From assembly GCA_043753995.1 (NCBI GenBank), contig JAYUVP010000315.1, forward strand, positions 1 to 10,066: 10,066 bases of DNA. The letters are read 5' to 3'. Below the pieces are notes generated by a model that was not told where the DNA came from, did not search any database, and saw only the letters and a program-made list of their open reading frames with translations. Each line of letters begins with the position of its first letter. The stretch's first letter is position 1. This stretch comes from Fibrobacterota bacterium. Its GTDB lineage: Bacteria; Fibrobacterota; Fibrobacteria; UBA11236. Made by a program: the position numbers and the translations under genes. This document shows, piece by piece, positions 6,551-10,066 of this stretch.

Positions 6551-7960
6551 ATGATCGCCCCCAGCCTAACGTCCGAGCAAGCCTTGTTATTGCGATATAA
6601 TCAACAAGCGCCTCGCTATACCAGTTATCCTCCCGCGAATCATTTCAATACGGAAATGAAAGCGGAGGAAATCGAAAACCTTATTCGCCGCTCGAATCAG
6701 GTCGGTCCGCGCAATATGGGCTTTTATGTGCATGTGCCCTTTTGCCCCAAGCGATGCCTATTCTGTGGATGTAATACCGAAATCGGGCGCGGGCTTCCGT
6801 TTGTAAAACGCTATATGGAAGCGCTGCCCGTGGAACTTGCACGCCTCACGGCTTTACTCGATCCAAGTCGCCCGGTGACCCAAGTTCATTTCGGTGGCGG
6901 AACTCCCAATGCCGTTCCTCTCTCCTACTTGAATGAAATCATCGAAGCTTTGAATGAGAGATTTCATTTTGCGGGTGATGCCGAAGTGGCCATTGAATGC
7001 GATCCCAATTTATTGACACCGGAAAAACTTGAGGCTTTGGCGGCCATGGGTTTCAACCGCGTCTCCTATGGATTGCAGGATTTCAACACCGACGTCTTAG
7101 AGGCGGTGAATCGACGGTTTCCGAAAATGCATCCGAATACCTTGGTCTCGCTTTCGCATGAACTTGGTTTCCGTGGCGTCAATTTGGATTTGATATACGG
7201 CTTGCCCAAACAAACTGTCGCCTCATTCCGTGACACCATACAACAAACCTTATTGGCCAACCCCGACCGCATTTCGCTTTTCCCCTATGCCCATGTCCCT
7301 TGGATGAAAAGCCATCAAGGTTCCTTGGAAACCCTGGGCTTTCCTACTTCGGAAGAGCGATTAATCATGGCGGTGGAATCACGCTCCGCCTTAAAACAGG
7401 CCGGCTATGTCGCCATTGGCATGGATCATTTCTCCAAGCCCGACGATGACTTGGCCAAAGCCCTATTAGCGGGTACCCTGCATCGTAATTTCCAGGGCTA
7501 TTGCCCCGGCGAAAAGGCCGGACAAATTTACGCCATGGGCGCCTCGGCCATTTCACAATTACAAGAAGGCTATTTCCAAAATGCCCGCGACACTAAGGAT
7601 TATCTGAACTTGCTCGAAAAAGATGGCCTTGCCATCGTTCACAGCTATCGGATGAGGCCCGCCGATCAATTGGTGCGCGCCACCCTCAATGCCCTGCTTT
7701 GCCAAGGTGTAGCTGACTTCGATGATTTGCTGTCAAAAGCGGCCCCCCATGCTTTACCGGAAAAGGATTGGTGTGAATCCTGGCTGCAAGAAGGAAGAGC
7801 TCGCCTTAGCCCCTATCTCGCAGATGGCTTGGTGCAGTGGGAAGGCCAAAGATTACTGATTACTTCGAAAGGCTTGCCTCTGGCCCGCCTCATTGCCGCA
7901 GCCTTTGATCCCTTATTGAGCCAAAATCAAGAGGCGCGACGCTATTCTCAAGCGGTTTGA
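6551..7960 (+). CDS. hemN: Oxygen-independent coproporphyrinogen III oxidase (radical SAM), 469 aa
   Basis: RYNQQAPRYTSYPPA N-terminal motif of true HemN, YVHVPFCPKRCLFCGCN (CxxxCxxC), HFGGGTPN, GFNRVSYGLQDFN, DLIYGLPKQT, YAHVPW, IGMDHF, LHRNFQGY, GASAIS and C-terminal RYSQAV. The start is moved from the track's 6317 to ATG 6551 because HemN similarity begins there and the extension spans the promoter region. Confidence 0.95.
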   Translation: MIAPSLTSEQALLLRYNQQAPRYTSYPPANHFNTEMKAEEIENLIRRSNQVGPRNMGFYVHVPFCPKRCLFCGCNTEIGRGLPFVKRYMEALPVELARLTALLDPSRPVTQVHFGGGTPNAVPLSYLNEIIEALNERFHFAGDAEVAIECDPNLLTPEKLEALAAMGFNRVSYGLQDFNTDVLEAVNRRFPKMHPNTLVSLSHELGFRGVNLDLIYGLPKQTVASFRDTIQQTLLANPDRISLFPYAHVPWMKSHQGSLETLGFPTSEERLIMAVESRSALKQAGYVAIGMDHFSKPDDDLAKALLAGTLHRNFQGYCPGEKAGQIYAMGASAISQLQEGYFQNARDTKDYLNLLEKDGLAIVHSYRMRPADQLVRATLNALLCQGVADFDDLLSKAAPHALPEKDWCESWLQEGRARLSPYLADGLVQWEGQRLLITSKGLPLARLIAAAFDPLLSQNQEARRYSQAV

Positions 7961-8002
7961 TGCCCACCCATAAGCAGGGAATCGCTTAAGCGGCTCCGTC
8001 GC

Positions 8003-8040
8003 TTAGAGTTCTTTAAATTTCACCGATTTAAAGACTCTAA
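8003..8040. other. Long AT-rich inverted repeat between hemN and the B12-binding regulator (terminator-like hairpin or operator)
   Basis: TTAGAGTTCTTTAAAT-ttcaccg-ATTTAAAGACTCTAA gives 15 bp of pairing with one bulged T, followed by ACGCTTTTATT. Confidence 0.5.
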
Positions 8041-8117
8041 ACGCTTTTATTGCAAAATTAGTCGATTTTAGAGAGGCTGACAGCTCTCGATCAGCAATCA
8101 ACTTGTAAGCTAAAGGC

Positions 8118-9086
8118 ATGAATTCCGTTCCACCCGATTTACTGACGACATCCCAAGCCGCTCTTTTATTGCAGGTGCATGAATCTTCGGTCAAAAGATG
8201 GAGTAATCAAGGTGAATTGCCATCGCAAAAAACGTCCGGGGGCCATCGCCGCATTCCGCTGGCCACTCTCTTCGATTTCGCCAGACAAAAGAAAATCGCC
8301 GCCGACCTGTTATCGTTGGCACCCCATGAAGAGGAAATTGCTTTGGCCGGCCTCGCTGCACGCGAGCAAAATCGTTTCGAAGCTTTACGCGAAGTGCTTC
8401 TCAAATATTGCGATGTGCAGCCATCTCGCGATCTCACTCGCCTGATGGCCTTCGTCGAAGAGGTTATGGAGATACCCCTGGCAAGGCTCTTCGACGATGC
8501 GATAGGAGGCGCTTTAAGCGAGGTCGGACGCCAATGGCAAACCGGCTCGCGCACCATAGCCCTGGAGCATCGCTTCACGCAAAAAATGATAGACGGCTTA
8601 CATGCGCGCTTCGCCGCCTTTGAGCAAAAAGTCCCACCGCATTTTTCCGACCGGGAACGACCTTCACTCAAAGCCATAGTCGGATGCGCCGAAGGCTGTT
8701 ATCACGAAATCGGCGGACTAATGTCACGCATGATATTGCGGCGCATGGGCTATGAGGTGACCTATTTGGGCGCCAATGTCCCCTTTGAGGAGGTGGCTGG
8801 TATTCAAGATTTGGAGCAGGCCCATTTGGTTTGCCTTTCCTTTATACCACCCTTGAATTCGAGCGACTTGAGGCGGGCACTCAAAGTGATGGGCGCCCTA
8901 TACAATCCGCTGCGGCCCTATGCCCTGGTTTTAGGGGGTGCCGCGACCGAATTCGGCTGGCAAGAACCAATGCCCGGACCCTTCTTAACCATCAAATCGG
9001 TCACCTCTATGGGTGGTTTTGAGCTTTGGCTGCAAACTCAGGCCCTGACTCTTTTCAGTGGAACTTCGTCGATAACGACCAAGTAA
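8118..9086 (+). CDS. CarH/LitR-like transcriptional regulator: MerR/excisionase-type HTH + four-helix cap + cobalamin-binding Rossmann domain, 322 aa
   Basis: N-terminal LLTTSQAALLLQVHESSVKRWSNQGELPSQKTSGGHRR; cap motif W-x9-EH (VGRQWQTGSRTIALEH, W140/E150/H151); B12-binding signature H196-EIG-x41-SFI-x29-GG including YLGANVP. Confidence 0.88.
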   Translation: MNSVPPDLLTTSQAALLLQVHESSVKRWSNQGELPSQKTSGGHRRIPLATLFDFARQKKIAADLLSLAPHEEEIALAGLAAREQNRFEALREVLLKYCDVQPSRDLTRLMAFVEEVMEIPLARLFDDAIGGALSEVGRQWQTGSRTIALEHRFTQKMIDGLHARFAAFEQKVPPHFSDRERPSLKAIVGCAEGCYHEIGGLMSRMILRRMGYEVTYLGANVPFEEVAGIQDLEQAHLVCLSFIPPLNSSDLRRALKVMGALYNPLRPYALVLGGAATEFGWQEPMPGPFLTIKSVTSMGGFELWLQTQALTLFSGTSSITTK

Positions 9087-9150
9087 AGCTGTGCTGGATT
9101 GGCGTAAAAACGCCGCGTTCATTTGGCGATTGAGCCATAATTTGCAGGTG

Positions 9151-10066
9151 ATGCGAAAAAATGTCCCCCAGCTTATGTTCTGGCTATTCGCTATGGCTAT
9201 ACCTATGGCCGAGGCAGCCACGGACTATCATTTCGACTTTGGATCCGGGCCGGTGGCGGCAGGCTACACCCCAATCACGGCAGGCCTCGTCTACTCGAAT
9301 ACGCGTGGGTATGGATTTGACTTCGCCATCCCGGTCGACTGTTATGATCGCGGCCGGGGTGATGCTTTAATGCGAGACGGCTGCAGTGGTGACCAATACA
9401 TCTATTTCTCCGTGAATTTGCCGGAAGGCAATTATAGCCTTGTCGTTATCACGGGAGATGCTGGCATGGCCTCCTCGACTGCCGTCAAGGCCGAAAGCCG
9501 CCGCTTACTCCTGACAGATTCCGGCTTGGTGGCAGGCCATTATCGCATCGATACCTTTACCGTGAATCGACGGAATACCTCCATTTCCACTGGAGGTAAC
9601 GTTAGCGTTACTGCCAGGGAATTAGGCGGACTCAATTGGGATGGGGACAAACTCACCTTGGAATTCAGTGGCGCCCATCCTTCCGTCATCGCCCTGGACA
9701 TCGAGCCAGCCCCTACGGCCAGACAAATCTTTCTCTGCGGCAATTCCACCGTATGCGATTGGGCGACCGAAACCGAAGCCGCATGGGGCCAAATGTTGGG
9801 CAGCTTTCTGAACTCCAGCGCGGTTGTGGTCAATTTGGCCGAGGCGGGTTTGACAACGTCAGCATTCCTTTCTCAAAAACGTCTTGATAAGGTTTTAAGT
9901 CTTGCCAAGCCTGGCGACTATGTCTTTGTCGAATTCGGCCACAATGATCAGAAAAGCCTTAGTTTGGCGCAATTCAAGGCCAATCTCGGTACTTTTGTAA
10001 GCAAAGCGAAATCGCAGAAGGCTATACCTATTCTGGTTTCGCCCACCCCGCGTCATTCCTTCAGCG
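9151..10066 (+). CDS. Secreted SGNH hydrolase, rhamnogalacturonan acetylesterase (CE12-like) with N-terminal beta-sandwich domain; runs off the right edge
   Basis: Hand translation is open to the window end: MRKNVPQLMFWLFAMAIPMAEA|ATDYHFDFG (signal peptide with AxA site), YFSVNLPEGNY, VKAESRRL, LNWDGDKLTLEF, IFLCGNSTVCD (block I Ser), AWGQML, NLAEAG, PGDYVFVEFGHNDQK (block III), PILVSP. An in-frame GTG at 9148 is an alternative start. Absent from the ORF track because no stop codon is in the window. Confidence 0.9.
   Translation, partial: MRKNVPQLMFWLFAMAIPMAEAATDYHFDFGSGPVAAGYTPITAGLVYSNTRGYGFDFAIPVDCYDRGRGDALMRDGCSGDQYIYFSVNLPEGNYSLVVITGDAGMASSTAVKAESRRLLLTDSGLVAGHYRIDTFTVNRRNTSISTGGNVSVTARELGGLNWDGDKLTLEFSGAHPSVIALDIEPAPTARQIFLCGNSTVCDWATETEAAWGQMLGSFLNSSAVVVNLAEAGLTTSAFLSQKRLDKVLSLAKPGDYVFVEFGHNDQKSLSLAQFKANLGTFVSKAKSQKAIPILVSPTPRHSFS

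Noticed and set aside
3947..9887. Remaining short track ORFs overlapping the radical SAM, regulator, hemN, CarH-like and esterase genes
   Set aside because: They lie wholly or largely within well-supported genes, in other frames or on the opposite strand, with no independent coding signal.

Overview
Bacterial chromosomal window with no mobile element, CRISPR array or recognisable structural RNA gene. From left to right it holds: (1) a class II, adenosylcobalamin-dependent ribonucleotide reductase (nrdJ, minus strand, 1-3252, running off the left edge and therefore missing from the ORF track); (2) a 640-bp divergent spacer with structured repeats and a candidate 32-aa small ORF; (3) a TIGR01212/YhcC-type radical SAM gene; (4) a convergent NtrC-like response regulator whose AAA+ domain is degenerate (no GAFTGA loop, broken Walker B, arginine fingers and sensor II); (5) a divergent hemN preceded by a correctly spaced sigma-54 -24/-12 promoter and phased TGGC-containing repeats; (6) a CarH/LitR-like HTH plus cobalamin-binding regulator with CxH in place of the ExH motif; (7) a secreted CE12-type rhamnogalacturonan acetylesterase running off the right edge. 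The most notable observations are the pseudo-activator next to a sigma-54 promoter, the variant B12-binding regulator next to hemN and near nrdJ, and a recurrent leaderless-mRNA promoter geometry. All family calls come from motifs read by eye; no database search was run.
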